A stretch of DNA of 64,000 nt, taken from contig CBDBLV010000005.1 of NCBI GenBank assembly GCA_965207225.1, forward strand, positions 992,001 to 1,056,000. Reading direction: 5' to 3'. The notes beneath the pieces were generated by a model. The model saw only the letters and a program-made list of their open reading frames with translations, made no database searches and had not been told where the DNA came from. The number at the start of each line of letters is the position of its first letter. Position 1 is the first letter of the stretch. The DNA comes from Dehalococcoidia bacterium. Lineage in GTDB: Bacteria; Chloroflexota; Dehalococcoidia; Plut-88900. Made by a program: the position numbers and the translations under genes. Of this stretch, positions 19,121-31,659 are shown one piece after another.

Positions 19121-20404
19121 ATGTTCAGCGACCTTCTAAAATCTGAATTACCCCCCCGCCTGTTGAAGCCCGCATGGGCCTCCTTGCTACTTGCTGCTCT
19201 CTTCTACCTGGCGCTCTTCATACCCTCGTCTCCCCAGCCCCGAGACGACATTGGCATCGTCATTCACGGGCACGACCACGACCTCATCGGCTGGGAAGTG
19301 CGCAACTTCTTCGACAAGTGGCTCTCCCGTGGGGCGTCGTTATTCAGCGACGATCCAACGGAGGAGGAGACCATTGCCGACGTGCGGGAGTATGCCCGAC
19401 TGACGGGCGAGATAGGTCGGATTAACGGGGAGATAAACCGAGCCGTTAGCCTGGGTGAACCGGTATCGAGCCTTGAAGAGGAGCGGGCGGATTTGGTTGA
19501 TCGGAGAGACAGGCTCGAGGCGCGGGTGGAGGAGCTGATAGAAGCGCAGATAAGCGGCATCCTGGCTGAGGAGGGCCTGACTTGGCGGGTCCATTTCCTT
19601 GGCGCCGATGGCTACCTGTTCCCACCCGTCGACTTCAAGTACGAAGACTCGCCGCCGGTATTGGTGATCTCGCCGCGGGAACGGATCGAACTGGAGTCGA
19701 CCAGGCTCCTGACTCCCGGTTTGGGTGTTGGTGAAAGGCAGGCCATTGAAGAGGACGTTGAAGTGCTGGATAGCGATTACTCCGCTCTCGTGGTCGATAC
19801 CGGGGGCGTGGCAACTTTCCCTGCCGTGGTGGGCGCTTCCGCCAATCTCCAATATACGCTCCGAACCGTCGCACATGAATGGGTCCACCACTACTTAATT
19901 TTCTATCCCCTGGGGCGCAACTACTGGGATTCGGGAGAGATGGTGACTATCAATGAGACAGTAGCGGACATCGCCGGTGATGAGATTGGCGATGTCGTTT
20001 ATGATAGGCACTACGCCGACAATAGCCGCACTTCTACAACCCCTCGTCAGGAATCCCCTCCAGCGCCCACCCCCGAACCCCCCGTATTCAGCTTCAACCG
20101 AGAGATGCGGGACACCCGACTGGAGGCTGACCGCCTGTTGGCTCAGGGCCTGGTGGAGGACGCAGAGGCGTACATGGAGCAACGGCGGCTGCTATTCGCT
20201 GAAAACGGCTATTTCCTCCGCAAACTTAACCAGGCATATTTTGCGTTCCACGGTTCTTACGCCGACCGTCCGACCGCCGTAAGTCCCATCGGTGGCCAGG
20301 TGAAGCAGGTGAGGGAGCAGAGCGCTTCCCTCAAGGATTTTTTGGAAACCATGGCCCGGGTCTCCAGCCATGAGGACTTGCTGAGGCTAGTGGGGGCTGA
20401 ATAA
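19121..20404 (+). CDS. membrane-anchored putative zinc metallopeptidase
   Basis: N-terminal TM helix; AHEWVHHY plus downstream NET.A (gluzincin-type). Confidence 0.7.
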   Translation: MFSDLLKSELPPRLLKPAWASLLLAALFYLALFIPSSPQPRDDIGIVIHGHDHDLIGWEVRNFFDKWLSRGASLFSDDPTEEETIADVREYARLTGEIGRINGEINRAVSLGEPVSSLEEERADLVDRRDRLEARVEELIEAQISGILAEEGLTWRVHFLGADGYLFPPVDFKYEDSPPVLVISPRERIELESTRLLTPGLGVGERQAIEEDVEVLDSDYSALVVDTGGVATFPAVVGASANLQYTLRTVAHEWVHHYLIFYPLGRNYWDSGEMVTINETVADIAGDEIGDVVYDRHYADNSRTSTTPRQESPPAPTPEPPVFSFNREMRDTRLEADRLLAQGLVEDAEAYMEQRRLLFAENGYFLRKLNQAYFAFHGSYADRPTAVSPIGGQVKQVREQSASLKDFLETMARVSSHEDLLRLVGAE

Positions 20405-20494
20405 ACGACAGCGGCCCATTCGAATGCGGCTGTAGTAAACTCTCTAGGCCGTTGATTGGGCGGCATAAGTGCAGGCTTCCCGAAGGAGGATAAA

Positions 20495-21643
20495 TTGGCT
20501 GGGCCGTTAGAAGGTGTGAAAGTACTCGACCTAACCAGGGTGCTGGCAGGTCCCTACGCCACCATGGTCCTTGCCGATCTCGGAGCCGAGGTCATTAAGG
20601 TGGAGCGCCCCGAGGGCGGAGACATGGCCCGGGGCACGGGGCCCTTCGTAAACGGACAGAGCTCCTACTTCATGAGTATCAACCGGGGCAAGAAGAGCGT
20701 AATCATCGACCTGAAAGATGAGGCTGGCAAGGAAACGTTCCTCGAAATCCTCGGCCACTTCGACGTACTGGTGGAGAACTTCGTGCCGGGCGTGATGAAG
20801 CGCTTGGGACTGGACTACGACGTGCTACGCGAACGCCATCCGAGTCTGATCTATGCTGCGGTCTCGGGTTTCGGGCAGTTTGGGCCGTATACAAAGCGCC
20901 CGGCCCTCGACATCATAGTGCAGGCGATGGGCGGCATGCTCAGTATCACCGGCGAGCCGGGGCGGCCTCCAGTCAGACCGGGCTCGTCATTGGGGGACAT
21001 CACGGCCGGGCTCTTCACCACCATTGGCATCCTTTCGGCGCTTCACGAAAGGCAACAAAGCGGCATGGGGCAGATGATTGATGTATCGATGCTCGACTGC
21101 CAGCTGGCCGTGCTGGAAAATGCATTCGCTCGGTACTTTGCGACTGGCGAGGTGCCCGGGCCAATTGGGACCCGGCACCCAGTTACCACGCCCTTCCAGG
21201 TATATGAGACCAGTGACGGCTATGTGACTGTCGCCTTCGTCGGAGGGGCCAAGGACCAGTGGCCAATGTTCTGCGCCCTCCTGGACAGGGTAGACCTGAT
21301 CGATGACGAGCGATTTACCACTAGCTGGAACCGAACGCTCAACTACGACGAACTTAACCCGATAATAGAGGAAGGGATGCGGAAGAAGTCCACCGCGCAG
21401 TGGCTGGAAGAGCTCACCGAGGGGGGAATCCCCTGCGGCCCCGTCAACAACATAGCCGACATAGTCGCAGATGAGCATATCCGCACCCGAGGGATGATTA
21501 TCGATGTTCCCCACCCGGAATCGGGAACCGTCAAGATGGTGAACACACCCATCCGCTTTTCCCGCACGGTGGCAGAAGTTGATGGTGCGGCGCCGCTTCA
21601 TGGGGGCAACACCGATGAGGTACTACGCTCCATCCTAGGATAG
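20495..21643 (+). CDS. CaiB/BaiF family III CoA-transferase
   Basis: VLDLTRVLAGP, LGAEVIKVE, NRGKKS, ENF.PG; TTG start after AGGAGG. Confidence 0.93.
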   Translation: MAGPLEGVKVLDLTRVLAGPYATMVLADLGAEVIKVERPEGGDMARGTGPFVNGQSSYFMSINRGKKSVIIDLKDEAGKETFLEILGHFDVLVENFVPGVMKRLGLDYDVLRERHPSLIYAAVSGFGQFGPYTKRPALDIIVQAMGGMLSITGEPGRPPVRPGSSLGDITAGLFTTIGILSALHERQQSGMGQMIDVSMLDCQLAVLENAFARYFATGEVPGPIGTRHPVTTPFQVYETSDGYVTVAFVGGAKDQWPMFCALLDRVDLIDDERFTTSWNRTLNYDELNPIIEEGMRKKSTAQWLEELTEGGIPCGPVNNIADIVADEHIRTRGMIIDVPHPESGTVKMVNTPIRFSRTVAEVDGAAPLHGGNTDEVLRSILG

Positions 21644-21722
21644 GGAGCGTCGGGATTCGATTGACACTAAAATTTTCAGTGGGCTAGAATGGACTCATAG
21701 CCCCCGATGCCAGAGCTTTACC

Positions 21723-22274
21723 ATGCTTGAAGTTACCATCGAAAGCATCCGCGTCAGCCTGATGAATTATCAGCGGGTGGTCATCCTCAAGGAGAAAGAG
21801 GCCGACCGCTACCTTCCGATATGGATCGGCCCCGCCGAGGCCGACGCCATAGCCGTAAAGCTCCAGGACGTTTCCGTGCCGAGGCCGTTGACCCATGATT
21901 TGCTACAGTCGGTAATAGGGGATCTGGGCGCAGCGGTAAACTCCATCGTGGTGTCTGACCTGAACAACGAGACTTTCTTTGCCAAGATCCTATTGGAGAG
22001 CAATGGGAAGACGGTTGAGGTGGACTCCCGGCCCAGCGACGCCCTTGCCCTTGCCGTACGAGTAAAGGCTCCTATATTCGTAGAGGAAATTGTGCTGGAA
22101 AAGGCCGGTGTCATCCTGGACAAGGAGACGGGCAAGCCGATCATCGCCGGGGAAGGCTCGGACGTTAAGCCGCCCGATGAGGAAGAATTGAAACGACTCT
22201 CGGCGTTCCAGGATTTTGTGGACAGCCTGGACCTGGAAGACTTTGGCAAGAAGAAGGCTTCTGGGTCGGAATAG
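21723..22274 (+). CDS. bifunctional nuclease family protein (DUF151)
   Basis: LPIWIG..EA, RPLTHDL, DSRPSDALALA; TTGACA-TAGAAT promoter at 21661. Confidence 0.92.
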   Translation: MLEVTIESIRVSLMNYQRVVILKEKEADRYLPIWIGPAEADAIAVKLQDVSVPRPLTHDLLQSVIGDLGAAVNSIVVSDLNNETFFAKILLESNGKTVEVDSRPSDALALAVRVKAPIFVEEIVLEKAGVILDKETGKPIIAGEGSDVKPPDEEELKRLSAFQDFVDSLDLEDFGKKKASGSE

Positions 22275-22343
22275 TCTTAGTCTGCCTTAACACACCAACT
22301 CTCTGGCATCTTATTGAATTTAAGGTGTCTTTTACTAAATAGA

Positions 22344-22982
22344 TTAAACAGGCTCTCCCGTATAAAAGGCCGTCGTTCGCTTTCCAGCGATGCGTGCCTT
22401 TTCGGGGTTCTCTCCGGCGTCGATTGCCGCCCGTACCCAACCGTCGCTACTTCCGGTGATGAAGGAGCGTCCGTCCCGTGAAGTTGCAAATCCCATATCG
22501 TCGGGCTTTGGGGCGTCCGGGTCAGCTATGTGAAGCGCCAGTCCAAGAAATGCCATCTCCCACCCCACCCCCACCGCCCCGGCCCCGTATTCGTCCCAGT
22601 GCGGCGAAAGCAGCGCTGTATGCCTAAGGGTTAGGCGGGGCTCATTCCCTTCCTTCGAGACTCGTGCCTCCACCCAACTCACGTCTACTGCGAATTCCCA
22701 GGTCAGTATGAAGTGGGATAGCTTTTCGCACTCCGTTATCGTACCGCTGGCGTTGCCTTCTATGGCGTATTGTCGCCCGGATTCCAGTGTGCCGGATACC
22801 GGGGCGAACCATCGCGGGATGCGCTCAAAGTTGGTCAGTGCGTCCCAAAGGTCTTCGGGAGTAGTCGGGTAGGTGCGGGAGAGGGTTACAACGCTGGCGG
22901 GTCGGGAATCCTTTTCCAGGAAGGCCACTGACCTTGCTAAGGCTGCGAGGTTGCTTTCTGCGTTAAATTCCATTGTTCCCAT
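22344..22982 (-). CDS. SRPBCC/AHA1 domain protein
   Basis: DLWDALT..ERIPRWF, GVGWE motifs. Confidence 0.85.
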   Translation of the reverse strand: MGTMEFNAESNLAALARSVAFLEKDSRPASVVTLSRTYPTTPEDLWDALTNFERIPRWFAPVSGTLESGRQYAIEGNASGTITECEKLSHFILTWEFAVDVSWVEARVSKEGNEPRLTLRHTALLSPHWDEYGAGAVGVGWEMAFLGLALHIADPDAPKPDDMGFATSRDGRSFITGSSDGWVRAAIDAGENPEKARIAGKRTTAFYTGEPV

Positions 22983-23149
22983 CTTCCGTTCAGCTACGAC
23001 ATATCCGGATCGACGCTCTATTGCGTACTCATTCATTGGATTACAGCAATTTACCGACCGTCAACCCTCCGGATGTCCTGACGATGGGAGCGAGGGTATA
23101 GGCGTTAACGAAAAATTCGCGGTCTCCGTCACTTCCACCCCAAGTACCT

Positions 23150-23167
23150 TTGTGATATAATGCACGA
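23150..23167 (+). promoter_or_regulatory. Rex-like operator overlapping the extended -10 of the atp operon
   Basis: TTGTGATATAATGCACGA resembles TTGTGAA-WWWW-TTCACAA and contains TGnTATAAT. Confidence 0.55.
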
Positions 23168-23185
23168 CCGGAGCGGGAGGGGGTC

Positions 23186-23419
23186 TTGGATAGAAGGCAG
23201 TGGCTGGATATTTTCCGCCTTTTGGGCTTGGGTTGGTACGTAGTCACGGCCATCGGGGTGGGGGTTGCCGCCGGGATTTTCATAGACCGGTGGGCCGACA
23301 CCGCACCTATCCTGACCTTGGTAGGACTGGGACTGGGCATACTGGCGGCGTTTTGGGGTATGCTCCGGATGGTCTCCCCCCTGCTTAAGAGAAATATCGA
23401 CCGCAAGGAAGACCGTTAG
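23186..23419 (+). CDS. AtpZ/AtpI-like ATP synthase accessory protein
   Basis: G..ID.W..T.P two-TM pattern; first gene of the atp operon. Confidence 0.8.
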   Translation: MDRRQWLDIFRLLGLGWYVVTAIGVGVAAGIFIDRWADTAPILTLVGLGLGILAAFWGMLRMVSPLLKRNIDRKEDR

Positions 23420-24705
23420 TGGGACTGTTTCGCAGACCAAAGTTCCTCCTGGCCATCGGCCTGGTAATCGTTTCTCTAGTCGTCAGTCACACCATCCTCC
23501 GCTTCCCCTTCCCCTTCATCTCCATCAAGCCTGAGAACCTGGGCAAAGAACTCATCCCCCTCGGCCCCATCGGCGACTTCAACCTCACCAACACCATTTT
23601 TTCGTCCTGGGTCGCTATCGCGATCATCTTCATCCTCGCCTACTTCACCACCCGTAAGCTGGGCATGGTCCCGAGGGGCCTCCAGAATTTCGTCGAAGCC
23701 GTCCTTTCTTGGCTCCTGGGCCTAGTAGACTCCATAGCCGGACCAAAGGGCCGACGCTTCTTCCCTCTCGTAGCCACCATCTTCATCTTCGTAATCGTCA
23801 ACAACTGGATGAGCCTGCTGCCGGGATTCGCCACCGTCGGAAAGATTGAATCAGCTGAAGAGGTTGTCCATCACGTCATAGAGGAGAAGGCGGAGGAAGC
23901 CGAGCCTCACCTGACCCTGATCGAGGCAGAACACGAGCTTGAAGTCTTCCTGGATTGGGATGAGGCCGAGAGAGCCGAGGCGCCCACCGAGCACGTCGGC
24001 AAGCAGATCTACACGGCACTCGAGGGCAGGGAACTCCACATTTGGGATGAGGTGGGGACATTCCGGGTCATGCCTTTTGCCATGCATGAGCAGAGCATGT
24101 CCGGAGCGGAATACGCAGAGGAATACATCAAATTCGACGAGAAGGGACACATAGATTTCATCGTGCCAGAAGGTCGGGAAGGACAGACGGTAGGACTGCT
24201 GATTCCATTTTTCAGGAATGCCAACACGGGCCTTAACACCACCCTCGCCATTGCATTGATAGCCATGTTCTTCGTGGAGTTCTGGGGAATCCGGTCGCTG
24301 GGCCTTTTCCGGTACGCCGGAAAATTCCTGAACTTCAGCGGATTCAAGAGGGGCATCACCACCGGCTTCATAGACTTCTTCGTCGGGATTCTGGAAGGCA
24401 TAAGCGAAATCGCCAGGGTCATCAGCTTCACCTTCCGACTCTTCGGCAACATGTTCGCTGGCGAAATCCTCCTATTCGTAATGATGTTCCTCATACCCCT
24501 GGCCCTGGTGGTGCCCTTCTACGGGCTGGAGCTCTTCGTAGGGTTCATCCAGGCCACAATCTTCGCAGTGCTCACCCTGATGTTCGCTGCAATAGCCGTT
24601 ACCGCCCATGGAGACCACGGTGACCACGAGGAGCATTCCGAGGAAGGGGCCCACTCAGAGGCCGAGGCCCCCGCAGTAGAAGAAGCAACGGAAACCACCC
24701 GTTAA
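23419..24705 (+). CDS. atpB: ATP synthase Fo subunit a (with large insertion)
   Basis: PRGLQN..E, NWMSLLPG, FRLFGNMFAGE, IQA.IF. Confidence 0.95.
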   Translation: MGLFRRPKFLLAIGLVIVSLVVSHTILRFPFPFISIKPENLGKELIPLGPIGDFNLTNTIFSSWVAIAIIFILAYFTTRKLGMVPRGLQNFVEAVLSWLLGLVDSIAGPKGRRFFPLVATIFIFVIVNNWMSLLPGFATVGKIESAEEVVHHVIEEKAEEAEPHLTLIEAEHELEVFLDWDEAERAEAPTEHVGKQIYTALEGRELHIWDEVGTFRVMPFAMHEQSMSGAEYAEEYIKFDEKGHIDFIVPEGREGQTVGLLIPFFRNANTGLNTTLAIALIAMFFVEFWGIRSLGLFRYAGKFLNFSGFKRGITTGFIDFFVGILEGISEIARVISFTFRLFGNMFAGEILLFVMMFLIPLALVVPFYGLELFVGFIQATIFAVLTLMFAAIAVTAHGDHGDHEEHSEEGAHSEAEAPAVEEATETTR

Positions 24706-25041
<336 letters not shown>

Positions 25042-25077
25042 CGGCGGTCAAGGACTTACTTCCGAAAGGAGAGGCCA

Positions 25078-25584
25078 TTGGGAGAGCTGGGAATCAACCT
25101 GCCTGGGCTTCTGGTGCAAATCATCAACGTAGCCCTGGTTCTGATAATCCTGCGCCTGGTCCTCTATAAACCCATCCTTAGGCTGCTGGAACGGCGTTCA
25201 TCGAGCATCAAGGAGAGCTTGGAAGCCGCAGAGGCCGCCAAGGCCGAGTCCGCTCGCAGTGAAGAAGAGGTCCGCAAGACCTTGGTCGAAGCTCGACAGG
25301 AAGGCCAGCGGCTCATCGGTCAGGCTTCAGAGATGGGCGAACGCTTGAAAGAGGAAGCTCGCGAGGACGCCAAGAAGGAAGGCGAAGCCATGATCGAGCG
25401 GGCCCGCAGCGAGATCGCTCGGGAACGCGACGATGCCGTCGAGCAGGTCCGCAAGGAGTTCGCCGGGCTGGCCATCACCGCTGCCGAGAAGGTCATAAAC
25501 TCGGAGCTCGACGAAGACCGGCACCGCAAGCTGATAGACGACGTCCTGGAGGAGAGCGTTTCCTCCCGGAAGGACGGAAACTAG
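25078..25584 (+). CDS. atpF: ATP synthase Fo subunit b
   Basis: N-terminal TM, YKPI...R, coiled coil, AAEKVI. Confidence 0.95.
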   Translation: MGELGINLPGLLVQIINVALVLIILRLVLYKPILRLLERRSSSIKESLEAAEAAKAESARSEEEVRKTLVEARQEGQRLIGQASEMGERLKEEAREDAKKEGEAMIERARSEIARERDDAVEQVRKEFAGLAITAAEKVINSELDEDRHRKLIDDVLEESVSSRKDGN

Positions 25585-25588
25585 TCTC

Positions 25589-26128
25589 ATGGCAGCCGGC
25601 TCCTCCGCCCGACGCCACGCTCAGGCAGTCTTCCAGATTGCCCGGGCACAGGACTCGCTAGACAAGTGGCAGGCGGACCTGGACGAGATCGCTTCCGCCC
25701 TCGGTGACGAAGAACTGAGCAGGGTGCTGGAAAGCCCCCGGATAAGGCCCGACCAGAAGCAGGAGTTGGCCGGTCAGCGGCTGGCGGGTCTCGACCCGCT
25801 GGCCCGCAACCTGGCCAGCCTGCTGGTGTCCAAGGGTCGGGTGGCCCTGGCTGGAGACATCGCCGGGGAGTACAGGGCTCTCCTGGACGACCACCGGGGT
25901 GTGGGGGCTGCGGAAGTGATTACTGCCGTGCCCCTGGACTCCCGGGCGGAGAAGCGGATAGTCGACCAGATGTCGAAGGCCACTGGCAAGCGGATAACGC
26001 TGACTTCCAGCGTGGATCCGGATATCGTCGGAGGCATCGTCATCAAGATTGGCGACAGGCTCATAGATGGCAGCACGAGGACGAAGCTCTCGGCGATGAG
26101 AAATTCCCTTGCCGAGCGGCGGATATGA
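25589..26128 (+). CDS. atpH: ATP synthase F1 subunit delta
   Basis: ARR.A.A, VDP.IVGG.VIKIGD..IDGS. Confidence 0.95.
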   Translation: MAAGSSARRHAQAVFQIARAQDSLDKWQADLDEIASALGDEELSRVLESPRIRPDQKQELAGQRLAGLDPLARNLASLLVSKGRVALAGDIAGEYRALLDDHRGVGAAEVITAVPLDSRAEKRIVDQMSKATGKRITLTSSVDPDIVGGIVIKIGDRLIDGSTRTKLSAMRNSLAERRI

Positions 26129-26188
26129 AGGTTTGAAGCGGACTCGCAAGGGACAGAATAAAATTAGACCGGTTAGAGGTTAGGCGCG

Positions 26189-27697
26189 ATGGTCGGGTCT
26201 CAGGACATAACGTCCATAATCAAACGACAGATAGAAGAGTTCGGGGCGCAGGTCACGATGACAGGCGTCGGTACGGTTGTTGAGGTCGGCGATGGAATCG
26301 CACGGATCCACGGCCTTTCCGGCGTTCAAGCCAACGAACTCGTTACCTTCCCCAGCGGGGTGACGGGCATGGCCCTGAACCTTGAAGAGGACAGCGTAGG
26401 CGCCATCATCCTGGGTGGCTTCACCGACATTAAGGAGGGCGACGAGGTCCGGTCCACGGGCCGCATCGCCGAAGTCCCTGTCGGGGATGCCCTTATCGGG
26501 CGCGTTGTTAACTCTCTCGGGGAGGCTACCGACGGTCGGGGCCCGATTAACACCGATAAGACCAGGCCCGTGGAGCGGGTTGCTCCCAACGTCGTGCTAA
26601 GGAAGTCGGTGGACACCCCCGTCCAGACAGGCATTAAGGCCATAGACTCCATGATTCCCATCGGCCGTGGCCAGCGGGAACTCATAATTGGCGACCGGTC
26701 TACCGGCAAGTCGGCCATTGCCATCGACACCATAATCAACCAGAGGGGCGGAGACCTGGTCTGCATCTACGTGGCCATTGGCCAGAAGGCCTCCAAGGTC
26801 GCCCAGACCGTAGCCATTCTCGAACAGAATGGAGCCTTGGAACACACAGTTGTCGTGGCGGCGAACGCCTCCGACCCCGCCGCCCTCCAGTACCTCGCCC
26901 CCTACGCAGGATGCGCTATCGGCGAGGAATTCATGGAGAACGGCAAGGATGCCCTGATCATCTACGACGACCTCTCCAAGCACGCCTGGGCATACAGGCA
27001 GATCTCGCTTCTCCTGCGCCGACCTCCGGGACGAGAGGCCTACCCCGGAGACGTTTTCTACCTTCACAGCCGCCTCCTCGAAAGAGCGGCCAAGATGGAC
27101 GACTCCGCCGGAGGTGGCTCCCTAACCGCCCTGCCTATAATCGAGACCCAGGCCGGAGACGTATCCGCCTACATTCCCACCAATGTCATATCCATCACCG
27201 ACGGCCAGATTTACCTGGAGACCGACCTCTTCAACGCCGGACAGAGACCGGCGATGAACGTAGGACTATCGGTATCCCGGGTAGGCGGCTCTGCGCAGAG
27301 TCGGGCCATGAAGAAGGTGGCTGGCAGGCTTCGGCTGGACCTGGCCCAATTCCGTGAGCTTGCGGCCTTCGCCCAGTTCGGCACTGCTGACCTGGACGCC
27401 GCAACCAGACGCCAGCTCGAGCGGGGCCAGCGCATCACCGAGATCCTGAAGCAGCCCCAGTACGAACCCGCCTCCCTCGAACAACAGGTCAGCATCATCT
27501 ACGCCGCCATCAGCGGCTTTATGGACGATGTTCCCGTTGCCGACGTCGCCGAGTTCGAGGCCGGGTTCCACAAGTACATGCAGACCAATCACCCGGACAT
27601 AGTCGGCAATATTGCCGAGACTAGTGACCTTGGCGATGATGTAGTGGAGGAACTAAGAAAGGCCATCGACGAATACAAGCAGACTGTAGCGGTCTAA
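26189..27697 (+). CDS. atpA: ATP synthase F1 subunit alpha
   Basis: [30 protein letters not shown]. Confidence 0.99.
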   Translation: MVGSQDITSIIKRQIEEFGAQVTMTGVGTVVEVGDGIARIHGLSGVQANELVTFPSGVTGMALNLEEDSVGAIILGGFTDIKEGDEVRSTGRIAEVPVGDALIGRVVNSLGEATDGRGPINTDKTRPVERVAPNVVLRKSVDTPVQTGIKAIDSMIPIGRGQRELIIGDRSTGKSAIAIDTIINQRGGDLVCIYVAIGQKASKVAQTVAILEQNGALEHTVVVAANASDPAALQYLAPYAGCAIGEEFMENGKDALIIYDDLSKHAWAYRQISLLLRRPPGREAYPGDVFYLHSRLLERAAKMDDSAGGGSLTALPIIETQAGDVSAYIPTNVISITDGQIYLETDLFNAGQRPAMNVGLSVSRVGGSAQSRAMKKVAGRLRLDLAQFRELAAFAQFGTADLDAATRRQLERGQRITEILKQPQYEPASLEQQVSIIYAAISGFMDDVPVADVAEFEAGFHKYMQTNHPDIVGNIAETSDLGDDVVEELRKAIDEYKQTVAV

Positions 27698-27715
27698 GGC
27701 CTACGAGCAAACACT

Positions 27716-28579
27716 TTGCCCAGCACCAGGGAAATACGCAGACGAATCCGCAGTGTGGAAAACACTGCGAAGATAACCAAGGCCATGGAAATGGTCGCGG
27801 CATCCAAGATGAAGCGCGCCCAGGACCGGGTCCTCGCCGCCAGACCTTACGCCGAGAAGATGGCCGAAATTCTGAGCCACCTCGCCTCCCAACCCTCGGA
27901 AGACGACGTGGTCCACCCGCTTCTCCAGAAACGAGATGGCGACCGGGTCTCCGTAGTCCACATCACCCCCGACCGGGGCCTGTGCGGCGGCCTGAACGCA
28001 AACATCAACCGCTCCACCAGCAGTTACATTCTGGGCTCCAATGGAGCATCGGTGTCTCTGATTACGGTCGGGAAGAAGGGTCGAGACTTCATGGGCCGTT
28101 TTGGCCGGGATATCAAGGCCGTCTTCTCAGACCTGGGAGACAGGCCGGGTGTCGAGGACATCCTCCCAATAGCCCGGATAATCATCGATGAATATTCGGA
28201 GGCCCAGGTTGACAAGGTCTATCTGGCCTACAGCCGGTTCGTAACTACCACCAACCAGGTTCCCTACATGCAGCAAATCCTTCCCGTGGAACCGGCAGAG
28301 GTTGGGGAGATGAAGCAGGCGGGCTATATCTACGAACCCGACAGCGCCACTGCCCTCAGTGAGCTTCTCCCCCGATTCGTGGAGATGCAGGTATACCACG
28401 CCGTCCTGGAATCCATAGCCAGCGAGCAATCAGCGCGCATGGTTGCTATGCGCAACGCTACCGACAACGCCGCAGACATGATCCAGGACCTCACCCTTGT
28501 ATACAACAAGGCCCGACAGGAAATGATCACTACCGAGTTGCTGGACATCACCGGCGGCGTCGTGGCCCTGGAGGGATAG
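27716..28579 (+). CDS. atpG: ATP synthase F1 subunit gamma
   Basis: KITKAMEMVAASK, DRGLCG, RMVAM.NATDNA, RQ..IT.E. Confidence 0.98.
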   Translation: MPSTREIRRRIRSVENTAKITKAMEMVAASKMKRAQDRVLAARPYAEKMAEILSHLASQPSEDDVVHPLLQKRDGDRVSVVHITPDRGLCGGLNANINRSTSSYILGSNGASVSLITVGKKGRDFMGRFGRDIKAVFSDLGDRPGVEDILPIARIIIDEYSEAQVDKVYLAYSRFVTTTNQVPYMQQILPVEPAEVGEMKQAGYIYEPDSATALSELLPRFVEMQVYHAVLESIASEQSARMVAMRNATDNAADMIQDLTLVYNKARQEMITTELLDITGGVVALEG

Positions 28580-28594
28580 TCCCCGCATTTCACT

Positions 28595-28834
28595 ATGAGT
28601 GTTCAGCGCTGGTTAAACGAGATTCTCGGCTACCTGGCCGACAACCAGTCCCAGGCCTTCGATGCGGGCGCTCTGGCGACAAGGGTCAAGGGAAGGAAGA
28701 CTGATAGTCTCGCCGGCCTGAGCGACTCGGACTTTCACAAGGCGCTGCGATCCTTGGAATCTTCCGGCTCGGTTATCTCAAGAATTTTCAACGGCAAAAA
28801 GCACTACTCTCACAGGTCCCCATCCAACAGATAG
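28595..28834 (+). CDS. small hypothetical protein, possible winged helix
   Basis: 79 aa ORF filling the atpG-atpD gap; EILGYL...FHKALRSLESSGSVISRIFNGKKHY. Confidence 0.6.
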   Translation: MSVQRWLNEILGYLADNQSQAFDAGALATRVKGRKTDSLAGLSDSDFHKALRSLESSGSVISRIFNGKKHYSHRSPSNR

Positions 28835-30247
<1,413 letters not shown>

Positions 30248-30261
30248 AGGTAGAGAGAGAA

Positions 30262-30696
30262 ATGCCTCTACAATTCGAAATCCTAACCGCCGAGCGTCGG
30301 GTCTATTCCGATGAAGTGGATATGGTCATCGCTCCTGGCCAGCTTGGTGAGCTAGGTATTCTGCCCAATCATGCTCCCCTACTCACCCCCCTCCAACCCG
30401 GAGAACTTCGCATTAGGAAGGGTTCTGAGGAAGTTGCGATAGCCGTCTCCGGCGGGTTCCTGGAAATGTTCCAGGACCAGCTGACCATCCTCGCCGATGC
30501 TGCAGAGAGAGCGGAGGAGATAGACGTGGAGCGGGCCGAGCGGGCCATGGCTAGGGCGCAGGAACAAGTCAAGTCCGCCGCATCCGACGCTGATCTTGCC
30601 GTGGCTCTTGCGGCGATAAGGCGGTCGCAGCTGCGCATGAAAGTTGCGGAAAGGCGCCGGCGGCGGGGTGGTGGGGTGCCATCGGCTCGACCTTAG
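30262..30696 (+). CDS. atpC: ATP synthase F1 subunit epsilon
   Basis: GELGILPNHAP, VSGGF, ILAD.AE. Confidence 0.97.
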   Translation: MPLQFEILTAERRVYSDEVDMVIAPGQLGELGILPNHAPLLTPLQPGELRIRKGSEEVAIAVSGGFLEMFQDQLTILADAAERAEEIDVERAERAMARAQEQVKSAASDADLAVALAAIRRSQLRMKVAERRRRRGGGVPSARP

Positions 30697-30784
30697 GCCT
30701 TTCCCCCTGCAGACGAATCGGGGCTCCAGCCCAATGATCCTAGTCCCTTTCGAAACTTCCCTCGAGGCTATTCGCTTAGCGCTT

Positions 30785-31414
30785 TTACCCTTCGGCGGAC
30801 TTCAGGTGGAAAGTGAGGGTCTGCAGAGAGAGGACCGGGTCAATGTTTCGGACCCACACGCCCTCGGGGACCTGAGGTGAGGTCGGGGCGTAGTTCAGGA
30901 TGCCTTTTACGCCGCTTTCAATCAGAAGGTCCACCACACCCTGTGCGTGCTCCTCGGGAACGGCGACAATGCCGATGTGGACGCCCAGGTCTCGGATTAC
31001 GGGGCCAAGATCCGCCATGGCCCGAATCTTCACACCGTCCAAATCCGTTCCCACAAGGCTTGGCGAGGCGTCAAAAATAGCTACAACCTGGAACCCTTCC
31101 CTGGAGAATCCGGGATAGCTGATGATTGCCCGCCCCAACCTGCCGATGCCTATGAGAGCGGCTTTCCATTCCTGGTCCAAACCCATAATGGTCCTGAGTT
31201 CCTGGAGCAGGTACCCGACGTTGTACCCCCGACCTTGCTTCCCGAATCGCCCGAAATAGCTGAGGTCTTTGCGGATTTGCGCAGGTGTAATCTGAAGTTT
31301 GTCACCAAGAGCGTGGGAACTGACGACTTCGATGCCGGAGTCCTGAAGCTGGGTCAATGCCCTGACGTAGAGCGGCAGTCGTAGTACCACTACGTCGGGA
31401 ATAGCGCCATTCAT
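30785..31414 (-). CDS. rex: redox-sensing transcriptional repressor Rex
   Basis: RLPLY.R, IRKDLSYFG.FG..G.GY, G.GRLG, ILNYAP. Confidence 0.96.
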   Translation of the reverse strand: MNGAIPDVVVLRLPLYVRALTQLQDSGIEVVSSHALGDKLQITPAQIRKDLSYFGRFGKQGRGYNVGYLLQELRTIMGLDQEWKAALIGIGRLGRAIISYPGFSREGFQVVAIFDASPSLVGTDLDGVKIRAMADLGPVIRDLGVHIGIVAVPEEHAQGVVDLLIESGVKGILNYAPTSPQVPEGVWVRNIDPVLSLQTLTFHLKSAEG

Positions 31415-31659
31415 GGTGGAGCAGCCTGGTCCTTTCCTCTGGAGTACTTCACAAGCGGGAGCTGGTCAGTTGTGGGACTCGGCAAATTTGCCGATTGTGA
31501 AAAATTGCCCTAACCCGCGGCAAACTAATTTTAGGACGGGCGTATAAGGTCGTCAATAGAGATGAGGTATCCCTTCACTTGGAAGGAAGGGGCATCCACC
31601 GCAAATCGCGTCTATAAGCAGTTTGCAGGGATCCTTGAAGCGTGAGGGGGAGGTAGGGA

